From a virus (taxonomy: Duplodnaviria; Caudoviricetes): a stretch of DNA of 64,000 nucleotides. How positions within the stretch are numbered: position 1 is the first letter of the stretch; each line of letters begins with the position of its first letter. The stretch lies in IMG/VR virus record IMGVR_UViG_3300046328_000530, positions 98 to 64,097 of that record. The stretch is one strand, 5' to 3'. This document shows positions 36,858-47,949 of the stretch, in pieces. Below the pieces are notes generated by a model that did no database searches, had not been told where the DNA came from, and was given only the letters and a program-made list of their open reading frames with translations. The position numbers and the translations under genes are program-made.

Positions 36858-38483
36858 TTATTTTAAATTAAAATTTTGTTTAATCCAGTCTAATCTTTGT
36901 TTAGCTGTCAACGACTTAAATTCAGGACTGTTTGTTGCATCTTTAAATTGTTGAAATGTTTTGTCAAAGTTTGCAGTTGGAACATTTTTATTTCCTTTAA
37001 CTGCATCATAAGGTACTTCTACCCCTTTCGTTCCTATAGACCCATCAGAAAAAGTTACAGTTCTTGTCCCATACACTTTGGGATTGAACGTAATATTATT
37101 AGATTTAAACGACTTATGTTTACCCAATAATATTTCTTCTAATTGCCTGAAAGAAAGCTCTGACCCATTTCTCTTATCATTATTACCTAAATCTTTAAAT
37201 ACCGGTACCATTGAAACTGATCCGACATTCATATCAAAAGGTTCTGTATTTATATATGAGTATCCTGTTAATGGGTCTGTAACCTTGCTTGGCTTTATTG
37301 TAACTTTTTCATTATTGAAGTTTTGAGTGAATAGATTAGAACCCTTCTCATTAACCCTACTGCCGTCCTGCCTAATTGTAGGCACATAACTTTCAATATT
37401 GCCTATTGTGACAGGATTAACAACATCATCCTTCTTTTTAAGAGAATTGGCATAATCTAACTTTTCCTTCCAGTTATCTTCTTTCATAGGAAGAACAGAT
37501 TCTGATCTCTTAACCTTTGGTAATATTTGTGTTAACCCTGACTCAATCTCGCTATCCCATATTTGCTTTGCATTCCAATCTTTATCCGCCTTCTCATTGA
37601 CAAATTTTTTAAACTCTATACTATTCTTCTCTTTTATGTTATAAGGAGGTTTAGCTAATTCAGACCGAAAGTTCCTATCTCCATCCCAATCTTCTTCCAA
37701 ACCTTGTACAATAGCCTCTCTACTATTTGGCATGTTTTTTAAATCAGATATGCTATACCCGCCTGTTTTTTTAAATATATACTCAGGAGCACCGAGTGTG
37801 TTCTGCCATTGATTTATTAAGCTTTTAGTTGTTTCTGGGACTAATGATTTAACGGTTTTATATTTTTTATTCCCTAACACATATTCGTCACCATATTGAG
37901 ATGGCGTAACCTTTGATATTACTGAATTAGGATCGAAAGATTTACTAACATAGGGTAGTTGCATACTATTAGCCAAAATATCCTGTAACCTATTTTTTGT
38001 TACAAAATCATGTTGTTTCGCTATACTCTCTGGATCAAAAATTCCAGCACCAGCCTTAGATATTTCAGATTGCTGCTCTAAATAAGGCTTTTCAATTGCC
38101 TCCCTTGTATCATACAAATTCGTGAGCCTGTTCCTGTCAGTCACATACTGTTGGTAGGCTTGCATTTGCTGCGGATTATTTGGATCTGGGTTATATATAT
38201 CCCACCCCTGCTTTTTGTATTCGATTCCTTGATTTATATGCTTATTGGTTAGATCACGTAGCTCATCACTAAATAATTGACCATTTTTTGCTTTAAATAA
38301 ATTGTCCTGATAAGACTTAGCTATTTGTTGCGCTTGTTGCTTGTCAAATAATTGCTGTTGTGCTTGTACTTTTTGGTTATTATCAATAGTATCCAACAGT
38401 TGATTTGCAGCTTGGCTTTGTCCTAAAACAAATGCTGCACCTGTTCCTGATTGTCCGAGTGGTACTGAATTATAGTCTGCCAT
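36858..38483 (-). CDS. internal virion/ejection protein
   Basis: Q-rich N-terminus and operon position. Confidence 0.6.
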   Translation of the reverse strand: MADYNSVPLGQSGTGAAFVLGQSQAANQLLDTIDNNQKVQAQQQLFDKQQAQQIAKSYQDNLFKAKNGQLFSDELRDLTNKHINQGIEYKKQGWDIYNPDPNNPQQMQAYQQYVTDRNRLTNLYDTREAIEKPYLEQQSEISKAGAGIFDPESIAKQHDFVTKNRLQDILANSMQLPYVSKSFDPNSVISKVTPSQYGDEYVLGNKKYKTVKSLVPETTKSLINQWQNTLGAPEYIFKKTGGYSISDLKNMPNSREAIVQGLEEDWDGDRNFRSELAKPPYNIKEKNSIEFKKFVNEKADKDWNAKQIWDSEIESGLTQILPKVKRSESVLPMKEDNWKEKLDYANSLKKKDDVVNPVTIGNIESYVPTIRQDGSRVNEKGSNLFTQNFNNEKVTIKPSKVTDPLTGYSYINTEPFDMNVGSVSMVPVFKDLGNNDKRNGSELSFRQLEEILLGKHKSFKSNNITFNPKVYGTRTVTFSDGSIGTKGVEVPYDAVKGNKNVPTANFDKTFQQFKDATNSPEFKSLTAKQRLDWIKQNFNLK

Positions 38484-38485
38484 TA

Positions 38486-39178
38486 TTAAACGAATATTGA
38501 ACCCTGTTGCTGTGCATTATTTCCATTTTGGTTTGTGGTATTCACAAATTTCTTTGGATTAAGGTACGCTCCGGCAACCGAAGATCCAATATCTAATGCT
38601 CCATACAAGTTCTGTGATCCACCTTCCAATAGTGCTGCCTTCTCTCTTAATTTGGCATCGTATTGCGCCCTGTCATAAGCATTCTTAGCCTGATACTCTT
38701 CTCCTGCCAATGTGTTAGCTTGCAGTGATTGTAACTTAGCACCCTCTGCACCCTGTGCATTTAGGGTAGCCAAAGCGTTAGTCTGCTGACCCTGCCCATA
38801 AGCTAACTTCGCCGCTAAATCAAGTACATCACCGCCTGATGAAGCTCCTTGAACACCTTGATTATATGCATTAGAATACGTCCCGCTTATATTATCCATC
38901 GCCTGACCGTATCCTGGCATTAAATAATTATTTGAACGTTCTTGAAGAATCCTCGCATTGTCTATAACACCTCGATTCATTTCATAACCTGGATTAATAG
39001 GATTGATCTTATTGGCTGCTTTGCGCTGACCTATCCCTTGTATTCCCTTCCATATAGATGGAATTAATGAAATACCTGCTCCTATTCCTGCACCAACTGG
39101 CCCTCCTAAAGAAAAGCCTGTGGCTGCTCCGCTTAGGGCTGACTCTAAATAGTTTTTTTTTGGTAAAGCGTATGACAT
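38486..39178 (-). CDS. internal virion (pilot-like) protein
   Basis: GAATGFSLGGPVGAGIGAG glycine zipper; A/Q-rich. Confidence 0.65.
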   Translation of the reverse strand: MSYALPKKNYLESALSGAATGFSLGGPVGAGIGAGISLIPSIWKGIQGIGQRKAANKINPINPGYEMNRGVIDNARILQERSNNYLMPGYGQAMDNISGTYSNAYNQGVQGASSGGDVLDLAAKLAYGQGQQTNALATLNAQGAEGAKLQSLQANTLAGEEYQAKNAYDRAQYDAKLREKAALLEGGSQNLYGALDIGSSVAGAYLNPKKFVNTTNQNGNNAQQQGSIFV

Positions 39179-39182
39179 TGTA

Positions 39183-40088
39183 TTAATATGTATAATTTTG
39201 TTGTGAAACTGTTATATCTGTACTTAAAAGACGAACCTCTGTTATATCGTCATTTTCCATCGTAATTTTCATAATATTACCCTGTAATTCTGCACCTTTA
39301 GTTAACGCATCTAAGGTAATGATAAATCTTGGATCATTCATATCTCTCATAAAGTCCGCAAACCAGTCTCCTTGCAGTCTGTTAAATCTTCCCTTCTTTA
39401 ATCTGGATAGTTGTCCCTGCGATTTCCCCTCTCTCGGAAGTATGTTTATTTCTGGTACAGACCAAACTTTATTTGATTTTTGCCTCATACTATAAAAGTT
39501 CTTTATTGCTGTTGGCTCTATATTTACATAAAAAACAATTTTAGATGGATACTGTACTCCGAAAAAGTTATTTCTAACCTCATTCACATCGTTTTCCCAT
39601 AATTCACCATCTTTAAACAAAAAGAAGCTATTAACAAACTTACACATGAAGTCTGGTAGGAATGATTGATAATTAACCCATTTATTATTAGCCTCATTAA
39701 AAGACAATGTTTTACCATTGTTGATTAATAATTGGGAAGAAGGGTATATACTTAGAACGGATATAGACACATTTCCATTGGAATAAAAGCTAAAATCTGT
39801 ATTTCCTGCTACCAGCAACTCTTCCTCAAATTCTCCAGCAACTGTAACATTTGTGCCAGAAGTATTTCCTAATAAAGCCCTCACATACCCGCTGGTTATG
39901 GACTCTACATTGTACTTAACTATGTACGATTCTCCAATCACTAAATCTATACCACTATTAATAATATACCCGGCATTACAACCACTATGTACAGCTAAAG
40001 CACCCTGAATAGTCCAGCCTGTATCAGTATAATCATCTGTCACATTTACTGCGAGTGTTGCGTTTTTATTTATTGTATAGCTTCCCAT
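39183..40088 (-). CDS. tail protein resembling the C-terminal part of a stabilisation protein
   Basis: TLSFNEANNKWVNYQSFLPD...FKDGELW...NNFFG. Confidence 0.6.
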   Translation of the reverse strand: MGSYTINKNATLAVNVTDDYTDTGWTIQGALAVHSGCNAGYIINSGIDLVIGESYIVKYNVESITSGYVRALLGNTSGTNVTVAGEFEEELLVAGNTDFSFYSNGNVSISVLSIYPSSQLLINNGKTLSFNEANNKWVNYQSFLPDFMCKFVNSFFLFKDGELWENDVNEVRNNFFGVQYPSKIVFYVNIEPTAIKNFYSMRQKSNKVWSVPEINILPREGKSQGQLSRLKKGRFNRLQGDWFADFMRDMNDPRFIITLDALTKGAELQGNIMKITMENDDITEVRLLSTDITVSQQNYTY

Positions 40089-40248
40089 ATCTTAACAAGT
40101 ATCTCCTGTTTGCTCAATTACCACACTTCCAGACTTTGTTGTTGAACATTTCTTGAGTGTGTTGCCAAACTCCATGATAAAGCCCCATTACTATTTGCTT
40201 GAACAGTTAAATCAATTTCTATTGGCGTATTTTCTAAAGTTGTATAAC

Positions 40249-43200
40249 TCATATCACATTTATTGTCTCTGGCCCTACATAGGAATATATTATCTGATTT
40301 AATGTTGGATTTCCAGAAAAAAGTTCATCATTTAATGATATAGTAAAGTAAGCTAAGCCAGTATTAATTAGATTACCAGCTGGTATTAGTATTACAACAT
40401 CTGCTTGCGAATTGCCTCCTACTCCAATATTAGATATTGTCTGATTAACAGTCGCAATTACAGTAATATCATTTGTTAAAATATTTGACAATGTTGCAGT
40501 AATTGTAACCTCTCTTACTATTGTAGTGCCAGAGGTAGAATCTGAATATTCAGAAGTAGCAGATAGATAAATATCTATAGGTTGAATAGTTTCACATGTT
40601 GTTGCATCATATACAGGCGCATTATAATCAGCATCTGTTTCCAAATTTGGCTTCTCAACACCTGTTGCAACACCTGAAAATATATAGTACTGTTCTAAAG
40701 TAGCCCATCCTTTATACCCTGTATTATTGCCAATATCTGTTACGCAGAAGTAGCTACTTTCTTTTGCTCTCCATGCCGTAGGTTGAATAGTTTCAATAAT
40801 ATCTATACATACATTCTCTGGGCTTGACCACGATCCGGCAACAAAAACCCTGTAAGAATAGGTATCAGAACCAACATAGCCCGTAGTTGGGGTATATGTA
40901 ATAAAATCCGTACTTAAAGCCAGCGACCCATGAGTAGGACTTGATAGTATTTCAAATATAGAACCATTTGGTATTGAATCTTTTACCAGTACCCATTTGG
41001 CTTCATCAAAATTTGTATTGAAAATAAAATTTTGATAGTCAGCAATAGAAAATAGGTAATTGTCCTTTTTTCTATTAAATCCACCATAAATATCTGCCCC
41101 ATTTTTTGACGCTTCACTTAAATACTCTCTTACTACATTATCAAGTTGATAAATAGAGCTAATTGGTATCACACCACTTCCTCCGATTCTTATCACAACT
41201 CCTGAATTTGCAGATACATGATAATGATGTGTGCCATTATTTGCGTAACTCTCTGGATTATTACCAATCCCGCCATCCCAATCAAAGTATTGAATAGGAT
41301 TTAACAATTTAGAGCTTCCAACCAATAATGAAGCTCCGTTATTATCTTGTGTCAGAACATTTCTAACAGGTATCCAGCAATCTTTTAATTCTTTGAATGC
41401 AAATAACCTGTTCTCATCAAATTTAATCAATTTAACATCGCCATACTGATCGTTGTAATCTTCTCTGTCTAAATTATCAAAATCATTAAGTCCGTTTATT
41501 CTGGTATCTTCAATAAAGTTATTAGAGAACCTGAACCTGCTGCCAAAATGAACCTCTCCGTCTCCGTTATCCTCTTTGTTTATACGGCCATTATCATTTA
41601 TTCTGCTTTCATAAAAGTCAGAGTAGCTTAAATCTTCCACCATCCCAATTTCAACCTGAGTTCCCGGAAAGATATTGTTTATAGGAAACTCTCTACTTCT
41701 TATATAAACATTTCCGTCTGATATAGATACAATAGCTGGTAGCAAATCTGTCTGTTGTTGCACATCGCTACCATGAGTTGCATTTTCTGTTCCGTAGTTA
41801 TTTATTTGAAACTTCTTAGAAAACTCATAAAAACTTGTTCCACCCTCATTTGCTGATGTATGACTGTAAACCTCTACAACTGAAAAATCAAGTATCTCAA
41901 TAACACTTGCATTTGGCTTTCTTATCCGTATAGATGACCTGTAATCAATTAAGCTGTATGTAAAATAAGTTGCTGATCCTCCTATCGGACTATTCAATGT
42001 ATAGGTTGTTGATGTTGGAGCAGCAATGATCTCTCTTTGATTGCCGTCTATTAAAATATACTTACCTATGTTATCAGCATTTGCAGAAGCTACCGTTACC
42101 GTTGTTGTTCCATTCACAACAACATTTGAATTGATAGTTTCTGTGGTTGACTCTTGATAACTAACTACTTCGGTCTCAAAAAAATCATAATAAGTCTTTA
42201 CATGTGGATCAACATCAATATCAACACTGTATAAAAAGCGTATTCTATCTCCTTTAGCAAACTGATACTTTAATGTTGTATTTGGGTGTACTTTCTGATA
42301 GGTATACAAACTCCCTACAATAAGGTCAAGTGTGTTAGTAGTAGTAGTGCTTGCCACATCCAAAACCTTCTGAACCATAAACTGAATAAATCTGTCGTAG
42401 TAATTAGCTCGAACTATTTGATAGTACCTTGCCCATATTGGAGGTTTATGATTTATATGCAGCGTAATTACCGGAACTTTTATGCCCAGTTTTTCATTTA
42501 TTGTAGCAATTTTTGTTATTAAACTATCGTCTGTATAAGTTAGCGATTTCCGCCCATCAAAATCCTCGTATTCTATCCCCAATTTAACAGGAAATCCCAT
42601 TTTTATATTCTTAACACTAAATCCATTATCTTTTAGTGTGTTAAATTGAACTGGATTTACAAATGTATACGGGGCGGCGTAATTTGCTTTTCTGTTAGAC
42701 TTAAATATATACCTGAATGTAATATTTCCACTACCATCTAATTCATTATTAAAAATATCTGTAACACCTATATCATAGGTTTCCCGATATATTCTACCAG
42801 TAGCAAGAAGTTGGAGCCTGATATTATTTGCCACCGTTACCGCTGTGTCAGATATGGTTGCGGTATAAATTATAGTTATATCAACAGTGCTTATTTGCAA
42901 TACAAATACATTGCCCTTTTTTACATCAAACCCAATCGTTAATATATGTACATTAAACCTTACTGGATATATTACTAATGCACGATTACCATAAGCATCC
43001 CACGCATATACGTCATCAACTCCATAATAATCAGAATCTGCTGTTGATGAATTGAATATTGGTGCATTAAACCCATTAACAATATCATCAGCTTCAAAAG
43101 GTTCTTTGTATGTAACAGATGTGTCAATATCAATAACAACAGGATTAAATCCTTCATACCCATTTACATAAACCATTGAATTACCAACAAATGATTGACA

Positions 43201-44181
43201 CAATGGCTTTTTTGGCATAAATGAATATGGCCTTATTATTTTTTCATTATCTGTATCTTCATATCTGGAATCGTTGTAAAACGAATAAATATGAGTGCTT
43301 CCATCTGGAATACCCAACTTATCTTTATCCAGCAAACAAATGGACTTCCAGTTATAGAAACCTCCTTCTATATTAGTCCTTAGCATGGCTATCTCTATTC
43401 TGTCAACAATCCTGCTCCCTGTCTCTACGGATATTTTAATTACATTGTTATTAATTGGTATAGCATCAATTCCGGTAAACCCTTCTGCTGATGGTATTGG
43501 AACAATGCTAAAATCGCTGTAATTGCTTTTTTCACCATCATCATAAATAAATCTGGAAGCAAATTTATACAGTCCTCCATATAACCTGTTAAAATTTATG
43601 GTCGAATCGGTAGCATAAGCTGGAAATGGAGAAAGGGAAGGAGCGTGCTTATAGGCGTTTATGTATTCTTCAAGTATAACTGACCCATAACCCTCTATTG
43701 ATTTATCCTTAGCTTTTTTTATATTGAATTTACGTGCATTATTTAATCCGTCCACCCAATATAGTAGATTGTTTCTAACAACATCTGCGTGAAGTATCTT
43801 AAAATTTTTGTCCCATCTTAAAATGTCAATACCGCCTGTATCTGTAATAGATTGAAGCACAATACTTACTTTTCTTTCTACCGAATCAAACTGATACCAT
43901 GTATTGTATCCATCGCTATTCCACACAGCAAAATAAAACCGTCCGCTTTCTTCATCTAATGCATAGCCAATAGTCTTATTTTCTCCATCAGGTAACGGGG
44001 TAGAAACAAGGATATTACCTTTCTGGTTTGTTAAAATACCTACATTCCCTTCTCCAGACGATAATATATCGCAATTAAGGATATACTCAGCCGTATTTGG
44101 TTGCCGGAGTTCGGGAGCTATTGTCGTTACTATACCACCCTCAAATGTTTGTGTATGTACTTTTTTTAATGGTGATGGCAT
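40249..44181 (-). CDS. tail stabilisation/nozzle protein (P22 gp10-like, crAss-like type)
   Basis: 1310 aa; LLYWVDGLNNARKFNI, YKFASRFIYDDGEKS, RINGLNDF, GIGNNPES. Confidence 0.75.
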   Translation of the reverse strand: MPSPLKKVHTQTFEGGIVTTIAPELRQPNTAEYILNCDILSSGEGNVGILTNQKGNILVSTPLPDGENKTIGYALDEESGRFYFAVWNSDGYNTWYQFDSVERKVSIVLQSITDTGGIDILRWDKNFKILHADVVRNNLLYWVDGLNNARKFNIKKAKDKSIEGYGSVILEEYINAYKHAPSLSPFPAYATDSTINFNRLYGGLYKFASRFIYDDGEKSNYSDFSIVPIPSAEGFTGIDAIPINNNVIKISVETGSRIVDRIEIAMLRTNIEGGFYNWKSICLLDKDKLGIPDGSTHIYSFYNDSRYEDTDNEKIIRPYSFMPKKPLCQSFVGNSMVYVNGYEGFNPVVIDIDTSVTYKEPFEADDIVNGFNAPIFNSSTADSDYYGVDDVYAWDAYGNRALVIYPVRFNVHILTIGFDVKKGNVFVLQISTVDITIIYTATISDTAVTVANNIRLQLLATGRIYRETYDIGVTDIFNNELDGSGNITFRYIFKSNRKANYAAPYTFVNPVQFNTLKDNGFSVKNIKMGFPVKLGIEYEDFDGRKSLTYTDDSLITKIATINEKLGIKVPVITLHINHKPPIWARYYQIVRANYYDRFIQFMVQKVLDVASTTTTNTLDLIVGSLYTYQKVHPNTTLKYQFAKGDRIRFLYSVDIDVDPHVKTYYDFFETEVVSYQESTTETINSNVVVNGTTTVTVASANADNIGKYILIDGNQREIIAAPTSTTYTLNSPIGGSATYFTYSLIDYRSSIRIRKPNASVIEILDFSVVEVYSHTSANEGGTSFYEFSKKFQINNYGTENATHGSDVQQQTDLLPAIVSISDGNVYIRSREFPINNIFPGTQVEIGMVEDLSYSDFYESRINDNGRINKEDNGDGEVHFGSRFRFSNNFIEDTRINGLNDFDNLDREDYNDQYGDVKLIKFDENRLFAFKELKDCWIPVRNVLTQDNNGASLLVGSSKLLNPIQYFDWDGGIGNNPESYANNGTHHYHVSANSGVVIRIGGSGVIPISSIYQLDNVVREYLSEASKNGADIYGGFNRKKDNYLFSIADYQNFIFNTNFDEAKWVLVKDSIPNGSIFEILSSPTHGSLALSTDFITYTPTTGYVGSDTYSYRVFVAGSWSSPENVCIDIIETIQPTAWRAKESSYFCVTDIGNNTGYKGWATLEQYYIFSGVATGVEKPNLETDADYNAPVYDATTCETIQPIDIYLSATSEYSDSTSGTTIVREVTITATLSNILTNDITVIATVNQTISNIGVGGNSQADVVILIPAGNLINTGLAYFTISLNDELFSGNPTLNQIIYSYVGPETINVI

Positions 44182-44184
44182 TCC

Positions 44185-44928
44185 TTAATAATTTGTAGGG
44201 CTGAAAAATTCGTTAATTTTTGATGTCATATAAAGGGCAGACTTGAAGTTGTACAGCCTTTTTATCCTGAAATACTCTTCTTCATAATAGTTTTTATTTA
44301 CTTGGCTCTGCGTAATGTTTTTATCTGCATACCACCGGAATTTAGCATAAAATTCCAATGCTTCCTTCATCTCAATAGGAACAAGTTTTAATCCATCAGA
44401 CACCCCATCCGATTTGTATTCAACAACTATTTCCGCCCCAACAGGCACATGACTTCCTATATAAATTTCGCCATCCTTCCTGTTCAGGTTGTAAAATCCA
44501 TTATTAGTTACATGTCTGCCCATTCCGTACAACTCTCCGAGTGATGCAGACCCTCTGTATGCATTATAAAAATGATAGCCATCCCCGCTAAACGAACCAG
44601 ACCATATATCATTCAGGTAATTTGTACACTCCGTATCTGTTAAACTTTTTGCCTTAATACTTTTATCTAATGTCAATACAGCAAGGCAATTATTATGCAT
44701 AATGCCAACCTTAGTCTCATAAACAAAATCACACGGGAGACTTACTACATTATCATATTCTAAAACGGCTGTTTTAATATCCATTTCATGATCTACGAAT
44801 AAATGCATTTTTCTGTAAGCTGAAAGCAAGTGCTTGGTGATCTTAAACTTCCACTTCCCAGTAGAATCGCCCAAATCAGAGCAAATATCACTTGCTATTA
44901 TTTCTAATGGTATTAGTGATTTGCTCAT
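44185..44928 (-). CDS. tail ring/tubular adaptor protein
   Basis: LPCDFVYETKVG and IVVEYKSDG motifs; position in the tail module. Confidence 0.65.
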   Translation of the reverse strand: MSKSLIPLEIIASDICSDLGDSTGKWKFKITKHLLSAYRKMHLFVDHEMDIKTAVLEYDNVVSLPCDFVYETKVGIMHNNCLAVLTLDKSIKAKSLTDTECTNYLNDIWSGSFSGDGYHFYNAYRGSASLGELYGMGRHVTNNGFYNLNRKDGEIYIGSHVPVGAEIVVEYKSDGVSDGLKLVPIEMKEALEFYAKFRWYADKNITQSQVNKNYYEEEYFRIKRLYNFKSALYMTSKINEFFSPTNY

Positions 44929-45152
44929 TATTCTTGTTTTTCTAATGATTTATAGAACCTCCGCCCATCAGGGGTAAAGCACTCCTGTGTATTATCGGTA
45001 AAATCCAATCTGGATAATCTTTCCATTTTAGAATTATCTATAACAACGTCAATAACTCTATATCTAAAATCATTGTATTTATTGCTATAATTATTATCAC
45101 TTTCTATTAATGACTTATCATTGCTCCAACCCAGTGCTTTTTTTTGCTCCAT
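44928..45152 (-). CDS. hypothetical protein
   Basis: 74 aa ORF, translationally coupled on both sides. Confidence 0.5.
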   Translation of the reverse strand: MEQKKALGWSNDKSLIESDNNYSNKYNDFRYRVIDVVIDNSKMERLSRLDFTDNTQECFTPDGRRFYKSLEKQE

Positions 45153-45769
45153 TATTTCGCTGAATTTACATCTTTAGTATCTATTATATTATCATACGGC
45201 ATACTTCTTTGTCCTGAAAAATGCTGTATCAATATATCTAAAACATCCTTTTCATAACCTGCCTGTATTGGCATTTCGTCCGTATCTTCAAGCTCCTCTA
45301 TCCTGGTTACTGCCTGATAATTTAAAACTCCTGCAAGCGGGTTCAGTCCGTACAAGTTTAAATTCATTCCAATACGCCTAAACCACTTCATTCCATCCAT
45401 CTGTTTACCGTAATAGTTTATGGTTGACATATCCGAGTCTGATAGTGGTGAATATTGCCCACCACAATCATCGTAAACAAACCTGATCCCAGCACCTATC
45501 TTTAATGGAACTACACCTTTAACAAGTTCTATAAACGGAATCTTTCCTGTTCTGTCGATTGGAACATCGTCATACTGACCATAAAACTCACTTGGAACAT
45601 CTCTGTCACCTTCGTCTCTAAGATTAATATTATACGCCTTATCCATTGCGTAATTAGCAGCAGCAGGAAGCATAGCCCGTATATCAGTCAACATAACAGA
45701 ATTATCAGTACTTGGCTGACCGCCAGTTACACGCAAATAGACAAGTTCAATATATTCGGCTACGGTCAT
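45152..45769 (-). CDS. tail ring/adaptor protein
   Basis: Position between the capsid and tail genes. Confidence 0.55.
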   Translation of the reverse strand: MTVAEYIELVYLRVTGGQPSTDNSVMLTDIRAMLPAAANYAMDKAYNINLRDEGDRDVPSEFYGQYDDVPIDRTGKIPFIELVKGVVPLKIGAGIRFVYDDCGGQYSPLSDSDMSTINYYGKQMDGMKWFRRIGMNLNLYGLNPLAGVLNYQAVTRIEELEDTDEMPIQAGYEKDVLDILIQHFSGQRSMPYDNIIDTKDVNSAK

Positions 45770-46410
45770 AGTTTTATCGCCTCCTTTTGTATTCCTAAAT
45801 TAGCATATTGCATAATAATTTGTTCCTTTTGTTCCAGACCCAATCTGTCAAGCATCATGTATAAAATCATATTAAACATAGTTGATGGCCACTCCAGATC
45901 TGCACCTGCTGTCGCTGTAATGTAATCATCGTCATCAGATGATACAGCAGTCAAAACAATTGATGCATCGGCAGGTTTTCTTATATATGTATACCCCACA
46001 ATATGCGTTGCTGACGGCAAAAACTTAATCTTATCATCTTCCATATAGTAGTAGTACAATTTATGTATTGTACTTGGTTGCCTAATGCTTAGATTGTTTA
46101 TTATAGCTTTTGAATTTGATTTCTGCGGATACACCGGATAGCCATCTATACTCGCTGATAAAAAATGTGCATATTCAGATGGCTTAGTTAATCCAGCACT
46201 CGTTACTGATGCTGGTGCTACAGATTTTACGAATGGCCCTAAAGCATCCTGAACCTGTGTGTTATTCTCAAAGAAAGGAAAAAGGTATTCAATCAATTCT
46301 TTCTGAACAGAAGATAGTGCGCTATTCCATGCATTTTGAGTAGTATAACCAGATGTTCCACTCTTCATGAGTTGTTGCGTATCATTGTAAAGTTCTACTA
46401 CACTTATCAT
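45766..46410 (-). CDS. tail ring/adaptor protein
   Basis: YIRKP motif and position; probable start MISVVELY. Confidence 0.6.
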   Translation of the reverse strand: MISVVELYNDTQQLMKSGTSGYTTQNAWNSALSSVQKELIEYLFPFFENNTQVQDALGPFVKSVAPASVTSAGLTKPSEYAHFLSASIDGYPVYPQKSNSKAIINNLSIRQPSTIHKLYYYYMEDDKIKFLPSATHIVGYTYIRKPADASIVLTAVSSDDDDYITATAGADLEWPSTMFNMILYMMLDRLGLEQKEQIIMQYANLGIQKEAIKL

Positions 46411-46436
46411 AAACCAAAGATATATATTTTTAAAAT

Positions 46437-46470
46437 AAAAACCCATTGATAATTGAATACCAACGGGTTT
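46437..46470 (-). terminator. putative intrinsic terminator
   Basis: AAACCC.TTG/CAA.GGGTTT stem with a U-tract on the minus strand. Confidence 0.5.
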
Positions 46471-46498
46471 AAAATAAATATATAAACTTTTAATTCAC

Positions 46499-47677
46499 TT
46501 ACTTTTCATATAATTGTCTTAAAAAGGCACTTGCATTATCCTCTGTCACATCTCCGGCTTTTATAGCCTCTAAAAATGTTTTTACATTAGTTGGAATCTT
46601 TGCGTATCCCTTAGCACCAACATACTCTTTGGCTGACTGGAAATCTACTGGTAAAGGTGTCGATTCATACAATTCCTGATTAACTGATTTTAAATGTTCC
46701 GGCAAAGCATCACCAACAATTTTTTTCTCCTCTACATCAGTTTTAAAGAAAGCCTTAGCCTTTTCCTTAGCATTTATAGCATCTGTTGTAGAATTTAAAA
46801 CAGAGTTATAGGTATGTATATTGTTTAATATAAATGTTTTAATAGACGACTTGGCATCTTGGGTAGGATTTGTTATTGGGGAACCTATCGGCTCTCCTTC
46901 CCTTTCCCCTGATGTCCACTCCCATTGACGAACTCCATGTGTTTTTGTGAGCGATAAAACACCTCTGTCAATAAGGTTGATTATCAATCCCTCTGAATGA
47001 ACTATCCCTGTTTCTATGGCTGTCATATATGCTTCCGGTTTATTTAAAGCAAACTCCAGTAAGTCCGCTCTAAGTGTATCAAGCTCTTTTGAATCAACTT
47101 TCTGAAATCCAAGCCCTTTACACATGATAACTAATTTGAAATCATCAATATCCTTAGCATGAGCCATAGATTCTGCTGTTTTATTTAGATTGCTCATTTT
47201 ATCAATTGCCCTCGCCTTACTGTCGATAAACTCATAGCCAACTGTTGTTTTCTTGCTTTTACTCCTTAGTGGAGAAAATTTATTTTGCGGATGAAGGCAG
47301 AAGTACATCGCTAAATCTAAATCATCCTGAAAAGAGAATTTAGTTCCTGAGTGCTGACCTCCGTCTTGCAACTCCTTAAAGAAACGAACATAGCGTGGAG
47401 AATACTCTGTATATCTCTTATCGCCAACAGTTCTTTCACTCTTGCCTTTAGCGTACTTTATTTCTATTGTAAGCCCTGTTTTTGCATCTACCGCATAAAA
47501 GTGAGATCGGATAGATGTTCCGGCATTCACCTTTGCAACATTCCCATTAGCCCTGTCATTTGATATTTTACTCTTGTCTATCTCAAATGATGGCTGTTTT
47601 TCTAATTTGACTAAATCTATACCGAATTTATCGGCTAATTCACGTCTTGAAACTAATTTGTCGTCTATTAATAACAT
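46499..47677 (-). CDS. conserved phage protein downstream of the capsid gene
   Basis: 392 aa; YFCLHPQN...YEFID motif. Confidence 0.65.
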   Translation of the reverse strand: MLLIDDKLVSRRELADKFGIDLVKLEKQPSFEIDKSKISNDRANGNVAKVNAGTSIRSHFYAVDAKTGLTIEIKYAKGKSERTVGDKRYTEYSPRYVRFFKELQDGGQHSGTKFSFQDDLDLAMYFCLHPQNKFSPLRSKSKKTTVGYEFIDSKARAIDKMSNLNKTAESMAHAKDIDDFKLVIMCKGLGFQKVDSKELDTLRADLLEFALNKPEAYMTAIETGIVHSEGLIINLIDRGVLSLTKTHGVRQWEWTSGEREGEPIGSPITNPTQDAKSSIKTFILNNIHTYNSVLNSTTDAINAKEKAKAFFKTDVEEKKIVGDALPEHLKSVNQELYESTPLPVDFQSAKEYVGAKGYAKIPTNVKTFLEAIKAGDVTEDNASAFLRQLYEK

Positions 47678-47680
47678 GCT

Positions 47681-47878
47681 TTAATTATTTAAAAGTTCTT
47701 GATCTTTTAGGGTCTGCTCAATATCCAATCTCATTATCTTCTCCTTTATAGCATCAGAAACAAATTTTTGAATAGATAATCCGGTTGTTTCTTTGTATTC
47801 ATTCATAAATCTGTGATGACTTTCTTCAAAGAAAATCTTTTGAGACTTTTTACTTTCCATGACCCAAAGATATGTCAT
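47681..47878 (-). CDS. ribbon-helix-helix-like small regulator
   Basis: KIFFEESHH...TGLSIQKFVSDAIKEKI. Confidence 0.5.
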   Translation of the reverse strand: MTYLWVMESKKSQKIFFEESHHRFMNEYKETTGLSIQKFVSDAIKEKIMRLDIEQTLKDQELLNN

Positions 47879-47893
47879 TTTTTATTGTAAAGC

Positions 47894-47924
47894 AAAAACC
47901 CCAAAGAATTTAATCCTTGGGGTT
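47894..47924 (-). terminator. intrinsic terminator after the major capsid gene
   Basis: AACCCCAA/TTGGGGTT stem plus U-tract. Confidence 0.7.
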
Positions 47925-47949
47925 AAAAACATGATAGAAACCTTATTTA

